Assembly: GCF_011745625.1 (NCBI RefSeq)
Contig: NW_027191460.1
Span: forward strand, 620,001-684,000
DNA: 64,000 bases
Direction of reading: 5' to 3'
DNA from: Cladosporium halotolerans
Lineage: Eukaryota
Shown here: in pieces, positions 46,118-58,400 of the stretch
Numbering within the stretch: the first letter of the stretch is position 1
Layout: each line of letters starts with the position of its first letter
Notes under the pieces: model-generated
What the model saw: the letters and a program-made list of their open reading frames with translations, nothing else
Told to the model about the DNA's origin: nothing
Database searches by the model: none
Translations under genes and position numbers: made by a program

Positions 46118-48265
46118 ATGTCGAACGAATACAACTACGACAACGATGCGCAGTTCTTTCCCTTCTTCGTCCTCACCGTCACATCGCTCGTGACGGTTCC
46201 TCTGACATACACCCTTCTGCGCGCGCCTTCAGATAGCGCTACCGCAACCAAAGCACCCAAGATCGAATCGCCCGCGCCGCCCAACCATGTCGACATTATC
46301 GACACGCAGCGCGCAAAGCAAAAGCGCAAAGAGCTGCGGCTCAAGCGCATCATCACAGCTGCGACGGGATGGATCGTTATGGCGTACATGATCTATCTCA
46401 TGGTCGTGACTGCGCGCCATGCGCCCAAGATCTGGAACCCTTACGACATCCTGGACGTGGGCATGAGCGCGACGGAGAAGCAGATCAACTCACGTTACCG
46501 CAAGCTTTCGGTGACGATGCACCCGGACAAGCGTCAACCGGACGCCAGCAAGAATTTGACCGTCGAGGCTATCAACGACGAGTGGGTGGAGATTGTGAAG
46601 GCGTACAAATCGCTTACGGATGAGGAGATTCGGAACAACTACATTCAGTATGGCAACCCTGATGGCAAGCAGAGCACCAGCTTTGGTATCGCGCTGCCGC
46701 AATTCTTGGTTGCAGAGGGTAACGGAAAGTACGTGCTCGTCTTCTACGGAATCCTGCTCGGCATCGGTTTGCCCTGGCTGGTCGGGAAGTGGTGGTACGG
46801 CATGCAAAAGATGACTAGAGAGCGCATCCTTGTGACTAGCGCAGGCAACATGTTCAAGGAATATAAGGACCGCATGGATGGTGGAGACGTGGCTAGCGCT
46901 ATTAGCAGCGCCATGGAGTACCAGGACATTCTCCCCGGCGGCAAGGCCGATACTGGACTGGGCAAGCTGGAGAAGAAGTTGCAGGCGACTAGCGACCTCG
47001 ATCTGGCCATGCTTGAGAAGGACAAGAAGCTGCTGAACGAGCTCGACGACGCAACTCGCCGCAAGACTCTGGCTTTGATCTGGGCTTATCTCGGCCGCAT
47101 CGACCTTGAGGACCGCACTTTGGAAGCCGAGAAGTACGAGGTCGCTCCGACTGCACTCAGGTTGACTGAGGCTCTTGCATCAATCGGCCTGGCCTACGGC
47201 TTCACCCAGCCAGTGCTGTCTACCTACCAAATGGCGCAGGCTCTCACCCAGGCCATCCCACCCACTAAGCTCAGTCTTCCCCTTCTTCAGCTTCCGCACT
47301 TCAACCCCGACGTCATTCAGAAGATCGAGACCAAAACCGAGTCAACATCTAAGGAACATCTCACAGTTCAGTCGTTCATGGCACTCCCAGCCGAACAGCG
47401 TCAAGCCCTCGCGCAAGCTGCCGGACTCCCCAATGACCGCCTCAAGCAAGCCGAGCAAGTCGCCCGTCAACTTCCTTACCTCAGGGTTGAGAAGGCTTTC
47501 TTCAAGGTCCAGGGCGAGAAGTACATCATTCCTTCATCGCTTGTTCAGCTTGCTGTCAAGGCACGCTTCATTCCTCCCGGCACTTCCAAGATTCCTCCTG
47601 TCTCCGAAGCTGATCTTGAAGACCCTGATCCCGCGGAGGGCGACCTGAAAGCACAGAACAAGGAAATCGAGCAGCACCATATCCCTCTCGCATACGCACC
47701 CTACCTCCCTCGCGACAGAGCGCCACAATGGCACATTTTCCTCGCCGACTCGAGACAAGGCAAGATCGCCGTCCCACCCTTCCGCTTCTCCACTTTCGAC
47801 AAGCCCGCTTTCAAGGAGGACGGCACGCCTACGTTCGAAGTCGTCACCATGAAGATGCAGTTCCAGGCCCCGCCCCAGCCTGGCGAGTTCAAGTTCACAA
47901 TGCACATGGTCTGCGACTCATACGTCGGCTTTGATTACAAGCAGGATGTCACACTGGTCATCGACGATGCCAGCAAAGCCCAGGAGGTCGACGACGACGA
48001 TGATATCTCTGAGCCTGATGAGGGTGAGTTGCTTACCACCACAGTTCATGGGAGGAGAAGATTACTGACTATTTCGCCAGACACCATCGCCGGCCAAATG
48101 GCCGCTCTCAAGGGCCAGGCTACTAGCGACCCGGAGGCCAAGGCCAAGCGCCGGGCTGCCAGGCGGGCTGCCCACGACGAGGAAAGCGACTACGAATCAG
48201 GCACGGACGAGGACGAGGAGAGCGAGAGCGAAACCGACACTGATACCGACAGCGACGATGAATAG
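46118..48265 (+). CDS. SEC63: ER translocon subunit Sec63 (J-domain + Sec63/Brl domain)
   Basis: 'YNYDNDAQFFPFF' start, three TM segments, J-domain with HPD ('MHPDK'), 'YGNPDG', 'CDSYVGFD' and an acidic C-tail. Intron 48024-48080. Confidence 0.96.
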   Translation: MSNEYNYDNDAQFFPFFVLTVTSLVTVPLTYTLLRAPSDSATATKAPKIESPAPPNHVDIIDTQRAKQKRKELRLKRIITAATGWIVMAYMIYLMVVTARHAPKIWNPYDILDVGMSATEKQINSRYRKLSVTMHPDKRQPDASKNLTVEAINDEWVEIVKAYKSLTDEEIRNNYIQYGNPDGKQSTSFGIALPQFLVAEGNGKYVLVFYGILLGIGLPWLVGKWWYGMQKMTRERILVTSAGNMFKEYKDRMDGGDVASAISSAMEYQDILPGGKADTGLGKLEKKLQATSDLDLAMLEKDKKLLNELDDATRRKTLALIWAYLGRIDLEDRTLEAEKYEVAPTALRLTEALASIGLAYGFTQPVLSTYQMAQALTQAIPPTKLSLPLLQLPHFNPDVIQKIETKTESTSKEHLTVQSFMALPAEQRQALAQAAGLPNDRLKQAEQVARQLPYLRVEKAFFKVQGEKYIIPSSLVQLAVKARFIPPGTSKIPPVSEADLEDPDPAEGDLKAQNKEIEQHHIPLAYAPYLPRDRAPQWHIFLADSRQGKIAVPPFRFSTFDKPAFKEDGTPTFEVVTMKMQFQAPPQPGEFKFTMHMVCDSYVGFDYKQDVTLVIDDASKAQEVDDDDDISEPDEGELLTTTVHGRRRLLTISPDTIAGQMAALKGQATSDPEAKAKRRAARRAAHDEESDYESGTDEDEESESETDTDTDSDDE

Positions 48266-48685
48266 ATATAGGGCCTGCAAAGCGAGTCATGGCAATCTTT
48301 TCTTCTTTTCTGCGAAGCCCTCGTATTTGAGAGGGACATATGTGCATAATGCTTAGCATTCAAACAGGCAATCATCAATGCGCTCAAAGCGCTCTTGTGT
48401 TCAAGTCATTCTAGATTCTCTCTAGACTTTCCGCGTTGCTGCTCACTGACAGGTCTGACCTGATCTGTTCTCGCAAAATATTTGTGCGTCGGGTCAGAAC
48501 ATTGCCATGCGAGAGCGAAATCTTATGGATTACGAATACGGAAGCTACAACCTGACTCCGTGTGTTCTCGGACGAGAAGCAACGAATAATTATCCTAGAG
48601 TCCACATCTTATTATCCCGCACCCTACATCAAACTAGTAGCTAGCGTCAGTCGAAACAAAGAAAACCAGGGGATAACCCTCCACC

Positions 48686-50354
48686 TCAAATCAAAGCCTC
48701 CATCCTGTGCAGCGTCGAGTCCTTGGTCCACCTCAAGCTCTTTCCATAGTAGTAAAGCGGCACAGTCAGCACGACAGGCAACATCGACACGGCGAATTGC
48801 ACCATGTACACGTCCACCCACCCGCGCCTCGCGTGCAGGTCGAACACCCAGTAGCTCAGGCAGAAGCCTAGCACATTCTTCATCACCGTGCCCACGATCA
48901 TGATCTCGCCGGAGATCGGCTTGTAGCAGTCGACGGCGTACGCGATCGAGATCGTCGGGATGGACGTCACTGCCAGGCCGGAGAAGCCGAAGCCGCAGAC
49001 GAGGATTGCTTGCCATGGCCACAGGCGCTCGTAGCCCACGGCGCCGACGACGTGGCTGATGATGAAGAAGGCGACGTAGGGGAGGAGCGCGGGCAGGCGC
49101 ATCTCTGCTTCGCGGATGCCGTTGTTCTTGATCGTGGCGCGGCGCGCGACCCAGTCGGATAGAGGGCCGGCGGTGGCTACGCCGACGATGCCGCCGATGA
49201 AGAAGGCGAAGTTCGAGTAGCCCACGGCCGCGGGCGACCAGCCGTAGGCGGGCGAGCCGAGGAGGCCGGACTCGGTGAGGTTGAAGAGGAGGAGAAGGTC
49301 GGCAGGGCCGGCGAGCATGAGGGCGGACCAGAAGATGATGGGGTTGAAGAAGACGATGATGGGCGTGGTCAGGTCGCGGACGATGAAGGACAACCAGCGG
49401 TTGTCGAGGGATTGCACGGGCATGAATTGTGCTTTGCTGGGTTTGCCGCGACCGACTTGCTCGCCGGTGTGTTCGCTGTTGGCTTCGGAATCGACTTGCT
49501 TCTCTTGGACATCTGGCTGGTTCTTCTCGGCTGCTGTAACGACTGCGGGGATGGAGTGGTTGCGGTGGTACTTGGTCTCTGGGAAGGTGAAGACCAGTAA
49601 CAGAGTGCTGAACGCGGCCAAGGCAACCGTGAGCCAGAAGAAAGAACGCCACCCGTGGTGAGCTGCAATGTTGCCAGCCATGATAGGCCCAAGGAACGCA
49701 CCGCTGAAGTACAGAGTGAAGTAGGTACCCATCCAGAAGCCGCGCTCGTGCAAGAAGAACATGTCGGCAATGACTTGGACCATGATCGTTTCGCTCGTGG
49801 CAGCAACGATACCATTGCAAGCGCGTGCTGCCAAGAGACTCTGGTGGCTGGTTGCCAACGCTTGCCAAATGTTGGTGAGGACGACGAGGACACCGAAGAA
49901 GATGCTGGTTGGTCTGCGGCCGAAGATGTTCGACAGCGGAACAATGAAGATGTTGGCGAAACCGAGAGTGATGACATTCAAACCGGTCAACAGCGAGAGT
50001 TGTTGCTGGTCGAGATGGAACTCCGCGCCTAGGAAAGGGAACATAGGCGCAATACTGAGGGCCGAACAGACCAGAACCCAGACATAGATAAGTTGGGACG
50101 CTGCGACGGTGATCTTCCACAATCTCGACCAGTTGAGAGGATCGTCAGGGTTGGCAGTAGGGTGCGGTACCAGCCTGTGTTTCGTATTAGCCGTCTGAAA
50201 TCGCTCGCGATCGTTTGGCCACATACACAGATCCATTGCCTCCGGCTTTGGCGAAATGAGAGTTGCCGACGTCAGTCATTACCTCAGTACCAGGAATGAT
50301 CTCGACGTTCAGCTGCTCGGCAGCTTGCTGCTGAATTGCTTCCTCAGACGACAT
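48686..50354 (-). CDS. MFS transporter (HOL1/DHA1-like)
   Basis: Exon 1 MSSEEAIQQ...IIPGTEVM..., one intron near 50175-50225, then 'LVPHPTANPDDPLNWS', 'FGRRP', 'IADMFFLHERG' and 'EAEMRLP'. Confidence 0.92.
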
Positions 50355-52060
50355 GATGAATGTTGTTTGCTTATAGCAAGGCTTTGCTTGACGCTGAAGA
50401 TGTTCAACGATCACAGCACAGATAGATAGGGGAGCGCAACGGAATAAGTATCACTTGTCGCCAGACTTCCTCGACAGTCACTCGGTGACCGAAAAAAAAA
50501 AAAATCGAATGAATGGGATACACTCACCTCAGCATCAGCTTACACAGGGCAGACGGAGACTAATATACTCGCTGTCACTGCGAGATCTCCTGCAGCAATG
50601 GCCATCGCATGCACTCCTCACCGCAGTGATGCGCCGCCAGTCGGCCACGGCTCCAGGGGAACTGCAGACTTGAACCATTGGTCGGTGCCCAATCAAGCTC
50701 GTTACCGTGGCATGAGTTGGAGATACTTGCTTCCCCGAGTCGCGATGTGGCTGACCGGCATATGCATGCCGAAGAGTATAATCCGAGTGGTAGTTTTTGA
50801 TGAGGAACCCAACCAATGGTAAAGTCGCAGGGGGTGAGTGATCGCCAAAACGTCTCAGAGGGGACCCTCAGCACGGACATATGTGGTGATGTTGGAGGGT
50901 GGGGTGGCGTTCGGGCTGAGAAGCACGTACTATAGTGCTATGCTGTAGCTGTGAAGTATCGCGTTTGCGGTGTACCGCGACGCTTCACTAGTAGCCAGTA
51001 TACTGCAATGGTGCAGGGGCGTTATTTATAACAGGCCGGTGTGTCGCACCACGTCGCGCATTTCTGCGATGCCTCGCCTCGGCGCATGTGCGCTATCCGT
51101 GGTCGAGGTCGTGCAACCTGGCGTGCAGCTTGGAGGTAGACGATAAGCATTGAACTCACCATGTGCTCTGAACAGTCGTCTCGTCATGAAGTGATGATGC
51201 TTACTCGTCGTCAAGTGCGGTACAAGCGGCTGGTATCTATGCACGAAGGAACGCGGAGATGAGGAGCTGGAGGACAAGGCCGTGGACACGGCTCCACGGC
51301 AAACTCCGACCTGAAGGCAAAGCACCCTGGTCTCCTAAACGGTTTCACCTCATTGATGGACTTGCGTGGTCAACACTTCGGAGTTCCATCTAGCTTTTCA
51401 TAAGCTTATCGACTCATGAGAATGCATCAAGGCACGCAGTGAATGACAGTGAGATATCTGGAGGCTGGTTTCAGCCTCATGTTGCGGCGCAACACAGTTG
51501 AAAGGCGGAGTTGATGAGCATCATGAGATGGTCAGGCACTACATGGTAGATGCATGCCTTATCGTCTTCAACCTGTACGTGAGACGATAGGAGACATCTT
51601 CGCGCCTGCAGAGTAAGTGATTGCATGCTGCACAACTACTTTGTTCAATTGAGTCTTCCCCATCCTTCTTGATTCTATCCACGGATGGATTTTTGGAGAC
51701 CCCAGCTTGGGCATTCACCAAAAACGCGTCCAGCATCAGCCAGGCGCCTAGTTAGCTCTGATTGTGTCTCACTCATAGCGCGATGATAAGCACGCCATAA
51801 GGAGCACGACACAAGTGCTTAGCACAGGCCGACTAACGGTTGATCGTCAGGAGGAACACTGGAGTGTTGGCTTTAAAACCACGCCTAGACCCTGTCACGC
51901 CTGATCGACTGGATTAAAATAATACTGGCAATGCACCTGAGCTCTAGCACAGCCGAACTGCCTCTCTGCGCTCCCGAGATGGATACTATGATTTGCGATC
52001 AGGATATCTCTTGGGTATTGCAAGAATATATAGTGCTAACAAAAAAGATGTCCCCATCAA

Positions 52061-52138
52061 GCATTGGTGGTTTAGTGGTAAAATTGGCCGTTGCCATTCA
52101 GTTTCGGCCAGCCCCGGGTTCGATTCCCGGCCGATGCA
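52061..52138 (+). tRNA. tRNA-Gly(GCC) with 7-nt intron
   Basis: Acceptor GCATTGG/CCGATGC, anticodon stem GGCCG/CGGCC with GCC at 52093-52095, extra TTCAGTT at 52097-52103, T-arm CCGGG-TTCGATT-CCCGG. Confidence 0.93.
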
Positions 52139-52440
52139 CAAGAGCTCGAATGAGCAAAGATTCTTTTGCCCACTGTGGGCGCGCCTTTTGCTTTTCATCT
52201 TCTTTCAGAATGTGAGTGCAATCGGTCCGTGGCCATAGATTTTGTTGCGTAGAAGGTACATTAGGTGGGCGATCTTAGAGGCAATACAACAGGAGACGGA
52301 TATATGACATGCCGTTGACCATAGACCAATAGTATACAGTTGTGTACATGAAGACGCCGGGGAGGGCTATTCCTATACGATCGAGGTGCTGTTGAACCCT
52401 TTGACGACCGTAAGTCCTCCGACAGGACTCAGCCGACTTC

Positions 52441-54850
52441 TCAAACAAGCGAGCGTGTCGCGTCGTCACCACTATGTGATCCCGCGCCTGTCTCGTCCGC
52501 CTCTGCAGCCGGGGGGCGAGGTGGCCTGTAGACTGAGAAACCACTGGACTCCGGTTTCTTCACCGTTGAGTGGAACTTGGTGCCGAACATGCTCCTCAGC
52601 GATTCAAGCATGCCATTTTGGGATTGTGGTTCACTGACCGTAGCCACCCCAGAGGGAAGCACGGCTTCAGGCGTCGGGACAACAGTGTAGAACGCGTCAC
52701 CCTCGCGATAGGTGTAATCATTCCACCGAGGGCCGAGTGGAACACTGCGCGTGTCGTTCCATGCATCATCGACGCTATCGCCACGAGAGGACGAAGGGCT
52801 GTCTGCGGTATTGACGCTCTCCGACGCTGCTGATGATGTAGTCCGAGACGGAGTCTGAGGTCTTGAGGCCCCTAACGAGCGCGGTGGTTCAACAGAGGGG
52901 CAAGCACTCTTCGTATCTCGATATGAGCTACGATATGAACTGTGGCGCGGCTGGCGGAAGTACTGGTACTCGTGCTGTTTAGGCCTAGTACCTTCCGAGT
53001 TATTTTGGGAGTTCGAAGGGCTCAGGATGTTTTGTGATAAGCTGCTGGTCTCCGTCTTTCGATCGTCCCGGCGATCACTTCGCTGCGGGAGCACGCTCAG
53101 AGGGACTATAGGAGCCGCGCCCGCAGAACCTGTTGCACAGTATTCTCTAGCAAGACGCTGAGAGGCATGTTAGTGACCAAGCATTTCAGAAGATTCTTTT
53201 GGCCTGTTGCGAAACTTACACGATCCTGGAACATTCGAAAGCAGATCTTCGACAGCTGGTAGATTGCGGGAACGATAAATCCGAGAACCACCATCAGAGC
53301 ATGCAGCGAAATGATCGCGTAACCGACCGCGCTCCTAGCAGATAAGGACGACGCTCCGCGAACAAAGATGATCATCAGAAGCGTCGCAGCGAGCCTTACT
53401 GCAGGGGCAAATGTCCCCATGGAGAATATAGGATAGATCCTGAGCCATCTGATCAAAATGAGGAAGAACAGCTCGCTGGCCGCGAGTATGGAAAGCTGTA
53501 CAGGGCCCGATATCTGCAAGCCTCCGATGGCGGCACCGCGCACGAATGTCATGACTACGATGGTGGTGACGAACATCTTCTCGGCTCGGGGGTCTCCGGG
53601 CTGCGCGGTATGACCGTACTGTTGTTGGTACCACTTCGGGGTGTCGAAGATTAGAAGACCGGCTCTTTGTGGTGGCATACGACGGAACAGCCAGACGAAA
53701 GCCAGGATGGTTGAGATGATTAAAAGAGTCGCGGAGGCGGTGTTGTATGCAGGTAGAAATTCTGCCGCGCTCAACTGATAGAAAGACAAGGCGGATAGTG
53801 GGAGTGTGAAATATGATAGAACCAGACGCAGAACGGCCAGCAGTCGTGGAACTATGCCAGTGGAGCCCGGATGGGATCTCGTTGGGTTCCGATCTCTAAG
53901 AAATCTCATGCACGATGATACCAGTTCCAAAAACAGAGCCGCCGCGCAGGATACAACAAGAATGGCAACTACCATGTTCAACCAGGTGTCCGCAGTTTTG
54001 GGGGCGCCGACGATTTGATGCATGTGCTCAAGGCCAGTCGTGCCTCCGAACGTTCCGTTGATACTGTAGATGCCATCCACGACACTCTGGTACACGACGC
54101 CATGATTGAAGGGTCCTCGGAGAAAGAGCGAGAAGAGGTTGAGCTTGCTGGCAACCGGTTGAAAGAACCCTGGATAGTGTAGACTGAGGGAGCCGCTAAG
54201 AAAGACGAATTGCAGATAACCCAAGAAGTCTCCGACGCCTGGTAGGCTCAAGTCTGTGCTGGCATGGCTCGCCGGGCCATTCATGTGGACGCTTCTCTCA
54301 TCGATGCCACGGAAGACTCCCACCAGCAGCATACAATGAGCAGAGCACGCGTGACCCATGTCAGAGCCTTCGATGTGGTATCTGCCATCGCCGGGGTGAA
54401 CTCGCCTTGCAGGCAAACACGGGCTCCAGGTGACACGTTCGATTCAAGCTCCAGTCGAAAGTCGAATGTTGACAGAGCAGAAACGGGACCGAGGTTGCTG
54501 GTGATCGGATAAACCAAGCTCTCCTCGCGAGTGCCCATCCTTGAACTCCAAGTGCGACATGTTGCAGGTCCCTGGTCCTCGACTTTCCAATGATGCCCAA
54601 GAGAATGGAGGGCCAACAACGTGGTAGAATTGGCCGAAGTTGCGTCGCAAGCGATGTCTGCACCCTCTTCAATCACTTCCAGCCGAAGAATATTGTCGCC
54701 ATGACCTTCAGGTTGGTAGAAAGCCGAGAGTGAGTAGTGTATTCCAGCGTTGCTGACCGTATTTTCGCAAGATCTCGTCTGCACATAGTTGCAGTTGGCT
54801 CGCAACGCATACAAGCCCAGGGCGAGCAGGATGCGCGGCGAGAAGAGCAT
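52441..54850 (-). CDS. TRP-like/Flc-type integral membrane protein (signal peptide, lumenal domain, multi-TM), apparently frameshifted
   Basis: Signal-like MLFSPRILLALGLYALRANC and TRP-family-like 'DFLGYLQFVFLSGSLSLHYPGFFQPV'. Intron 53158-53219 joins the Ser-rich tail. The frame changes at ~54333. Confidence 0.75.
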
Positions 54851-55480
54851 GACGGGGTGAAGTCCGCTCTCAACTTCATGCGAGGAAGGAATGCAGGGCC
54901 AGGGTCGGGTCCACGTCTGCACACATCACCATTGATGGCGGTAGTCTCCCTGGCGCGAAGGGAAAACATTTCGAAGAACACATGGCGATTCTTCTCAGGC
55001 CAAGCGTCTTCAAGGTTGTGCTCGTATTGCGAGGCTTCCCCATCTGTGCGTGCCGGAGAATGTGCCTTTTTTTACGTGTCCCAGCGTTGGCGTTGCCGAA
55101 AACCGAGCTGGGCACGAAGGCTGCCGAGTAAACGGATTGCTTTATTAGCCTACCACAATACTGAACTTGCCTTAGTCTGCTAGTTGATCCAATTATAGAG
55201 ACAAAGCTCATCGTCAAACATATCAGCGCATGGTCCATTACTCGACGGATCCGCTATCATGTGGTTCGCGCAATCACGAAGCCGTCAAAAAATGAAGGCA
55301 AATACTGCATCAGTCGAAGATCCAAAATATCATGGGAAATATACAATGCGTGATGCCATGATGCTACCATAATCTACAGTGCAGCCGAACACACCACCGA
55401 TTGTATCGGTACAAGAACGAAAAGGCCATGATGATGAAAGAAAACAGAACGAAATACGAAATCCCACAACCCTCACCCGA

Positions 55481-58400
55481 TCACCGACAAACAGCCCTCA
55501 CCAGCTCCCCAACCCCAGCAACTCTGACCTCTTCCCCGACCCTCCCCTTCGCAACAGCACTCCCCGCCATCAGACTCCCAGACCCCCAAAGCCCACTCTC
55601 CCCATCCCAACCCCTAAACAGCCCTTCAGCCCCCTCCGGACACCCCGTGAAAACCACCCGCGCCTCCGGCACAGCCGGCCTCTCCTGGCTCGCCGCAGCA
55701 AGCACAGCATAGTCCGACGCGAACAGCAGCGCCTGTGCGAACAGCGTATTGCGCACGTTCTCCGGCTGCAGGCTGAAAAACAGCGGGCCGGGGAGGAGGA
55801 AGAGTTCGCCGTGCGCGTCCAGCAGGTACAGGCCTTCGGCGTCGAGGTCGGACTGCGTGAAGGGGCTGATCTCGGTCGCTTCGGCTTTGATTGCCGGGTC
55901 TGGGGCGGGCGAGCGCAGACCCCAAGAGGGGCGCCGGAACATGGCGCTGAAGATGCCGCCGCGGGTGTCGGATTGCTGGATGCTGAAGACGCGGGCGGTG
56001 AAGGTTTCCGGGGCGGCGGATTTGTGTTGCCAGAAGGGGGCGGGAGCGGGGATGCTGGATTTGGTGGTGCTAGGGCCGAAGATCTTGAGAAAGCTGGCGA
56101 ACTCGGCGCCTTGGTCGACTTCGATGATTTCGCCGGTTTCGGAGAGATCCATGGCTGCCAGTTTGGCGGCGCCGATTTCTTCGCTCGAGCAGGCAGAGCC
56201 TTTCCAGAGATAGAGTTTCGTTTCCTGGAGGGTGACAGGGTACGAAATGAGGTAGGCGAAAGCTGAACACAGTGAGCTCGGCGCGAAGTCCACCTCGTCG
56301 AACGCAATGTGACCCAAGTGCTTGCGTCCACAGAGCATGAACTGCTTGGAAGCGCCTTCGCGCGCTCCCCGACGCGTGACAAGAATACCGCCAAGCGCTT
56401 CGAAGAGCTCAGCCTGCTCGTGGCCTTGAGCGTTCATTCGAATCTGCGTCTGCGAGCCTTCTCGCTTCGCTTCGGCTTTGGCCACGTTGTTTCCAGCCTC
56501 CGCGTTGGGCGCGGTAGAACTCTTTCCAGTCCATACGATGACGTGGCTGGCCTTTGATCCGCCCTCGGGAGTATGAGTGTGCGTGCAAACGTAGACAGAT
56601 TCGTCGAAAAGCGTGTATTCTTCCTGCGGAGGAAGTTGGTGACAAGATCCGTCGGCGTCGACCTTCTGGATAGTCTTCCGCAGGGTCTTCGCCCGCTTCC
56701 TCTGTTGCGTCGAAGTGTTGATCACCGCCTGAGTATCGATCGACAGTGCTCCGGTCGAAGTAGGCCACGAACCAAAAGAGTCGACGAGCAGCCGTTCAGC
56801 TTCAGTCTCCGGCAGCTTTTCGAGGCTTTGGGAATCTTCAAGCTAGGCTGTCAGTCTTCTGTCAAAAGTTGCGGATTTCAGGAGGCGACTGCGTGGAGTG
56901 TCAGACAACTATCGCACCGGGCAAATTCACAGGCGCGGCAGTCTCGGTAGTAGGAAGTTCAATCCTTACCTTTGTTAGGAGAAGCCTCTCTCAGCTGACC
57001 GGACACAATGCGAGACGATTTTGCGGGCTTCGGCGGCACGGCTGGAGAGGGCGAGCCGATTGGGGAACCTACTCCGCCCAAACCGTTGCTGGAGCCAGGT
57101 CGAGAGGGCGATCTCGCAGGCGACGATGCGAGGAGACTAGCCGAACGCATGGCAGCTTCTTCGTCCTTCTTCGTAGGCAGCTGAACTTGTGCCGGGCTTC
57201 CCGTGGGCTTGTACGCCTTCTTCGCTCCCCAAGAAGACACAGCATCCTTCACAGACGGCGAGCTCGAGTTCGTGTTCTCCTTATCCTCGTCGGGAGCCTG
57301 CTGGCGGCGCAAGCCAGACCCAAAGCCCTTGAATTCGGGAACATCGTTCTTGGCCGGAGTAGCAGGCTTGTCCGAAGGTGTACGCTTGGGGAAAGACAGG
57401 CCTTTCATAGGTGGCAAGGGGCTCTCGTCGTCAACTGGCGCAGCCGTCATGCTTGGCTTGGGTGAGACAGCAGGCTTAGAGAAAGAACCAGTCTTTGACA
57501 CAACGCCGACGGTGTTGTCCCGAGGTTCTCCTGGTGTTTGCCTGTTGTTCAATGAAGCTGCCATCACGGACGCAGCGGACTTGGGGCCCGGCACAGCACC
57601 GCCGAAGCGCGCTGCGGAGTTCGAGCTCGGGGAGGGCTTCGATGCAAGCGGCGGTGTGGGTGGCTGCTCTGCGGAAGGGGAAGTGACATTTGCCTCCTTG
57701 ACAGTCTCGTCGGCTTGCTTAGGTGGCGTGGATTCCGCAGGCTTTGGCTCGCCTGAAGCGGCGGCACCAGCTCTGCGCTTCTTGGGCCCCTTCGCTCGCC
57801 CCTTGCGAACATCAGCCAGAGGAGCCCCATCGGCGGGCGGCTCGCTTGAAGAAGGTGGAGGAGATCTCGCTGGGGTTGGGGCGCCGACGGGACTCTCAGA
57901 TCGAGAACCGCCAGGGGAAGGACCTGCTGAGGGCGGACCACGAGCGAGAATGCCAGCAAGACCAGGATTGAAGCGTGCTGCCAGCTTGCTTGTGGGAGCA
58001 GCTGCCGGAGGTGAAGCCACGCGTTTCTCTGGGAGCGGGCTCTCAGCTTTCGGCGGAGGCGACGCCACACGCTTCTCGACAACAACAGTCTCAGCTTCGG
58101 AGGGCGGCGGCGAAGGCTTCTTCTCAACAGGTTCAGGAGCGTCAACTTCCACAGAGTTCTTCTTCGGCGTCTCAGCCGCAGGCGGAACATCCACCTTCGG
58201 TTTCTCCCTAATGCTCTTCTGGAACCGCAGCGCCTCAGGGGTGATGTTGCGCGTCTTCTCCGGACTCGCGCCTCGCACACTGCCGCTCCTGCCCAGCAGC
58301 TCCCGCCTCGTCAGCGCCTCAGGTTTGCTGGCTGTCGGCGGCGGTCCCGAAGGAGTGCGCTCGTGCTTGATGCCGGCCTCCTTCTCCTGCTTCCACTGCT

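Noticed and set aside
48624..50120. 498-aa alternative-frame ORF overlapping the MFS gene
   Set aside because: Same-strand off-frame ORF explained by C-ending codon bias of the MFS gene.
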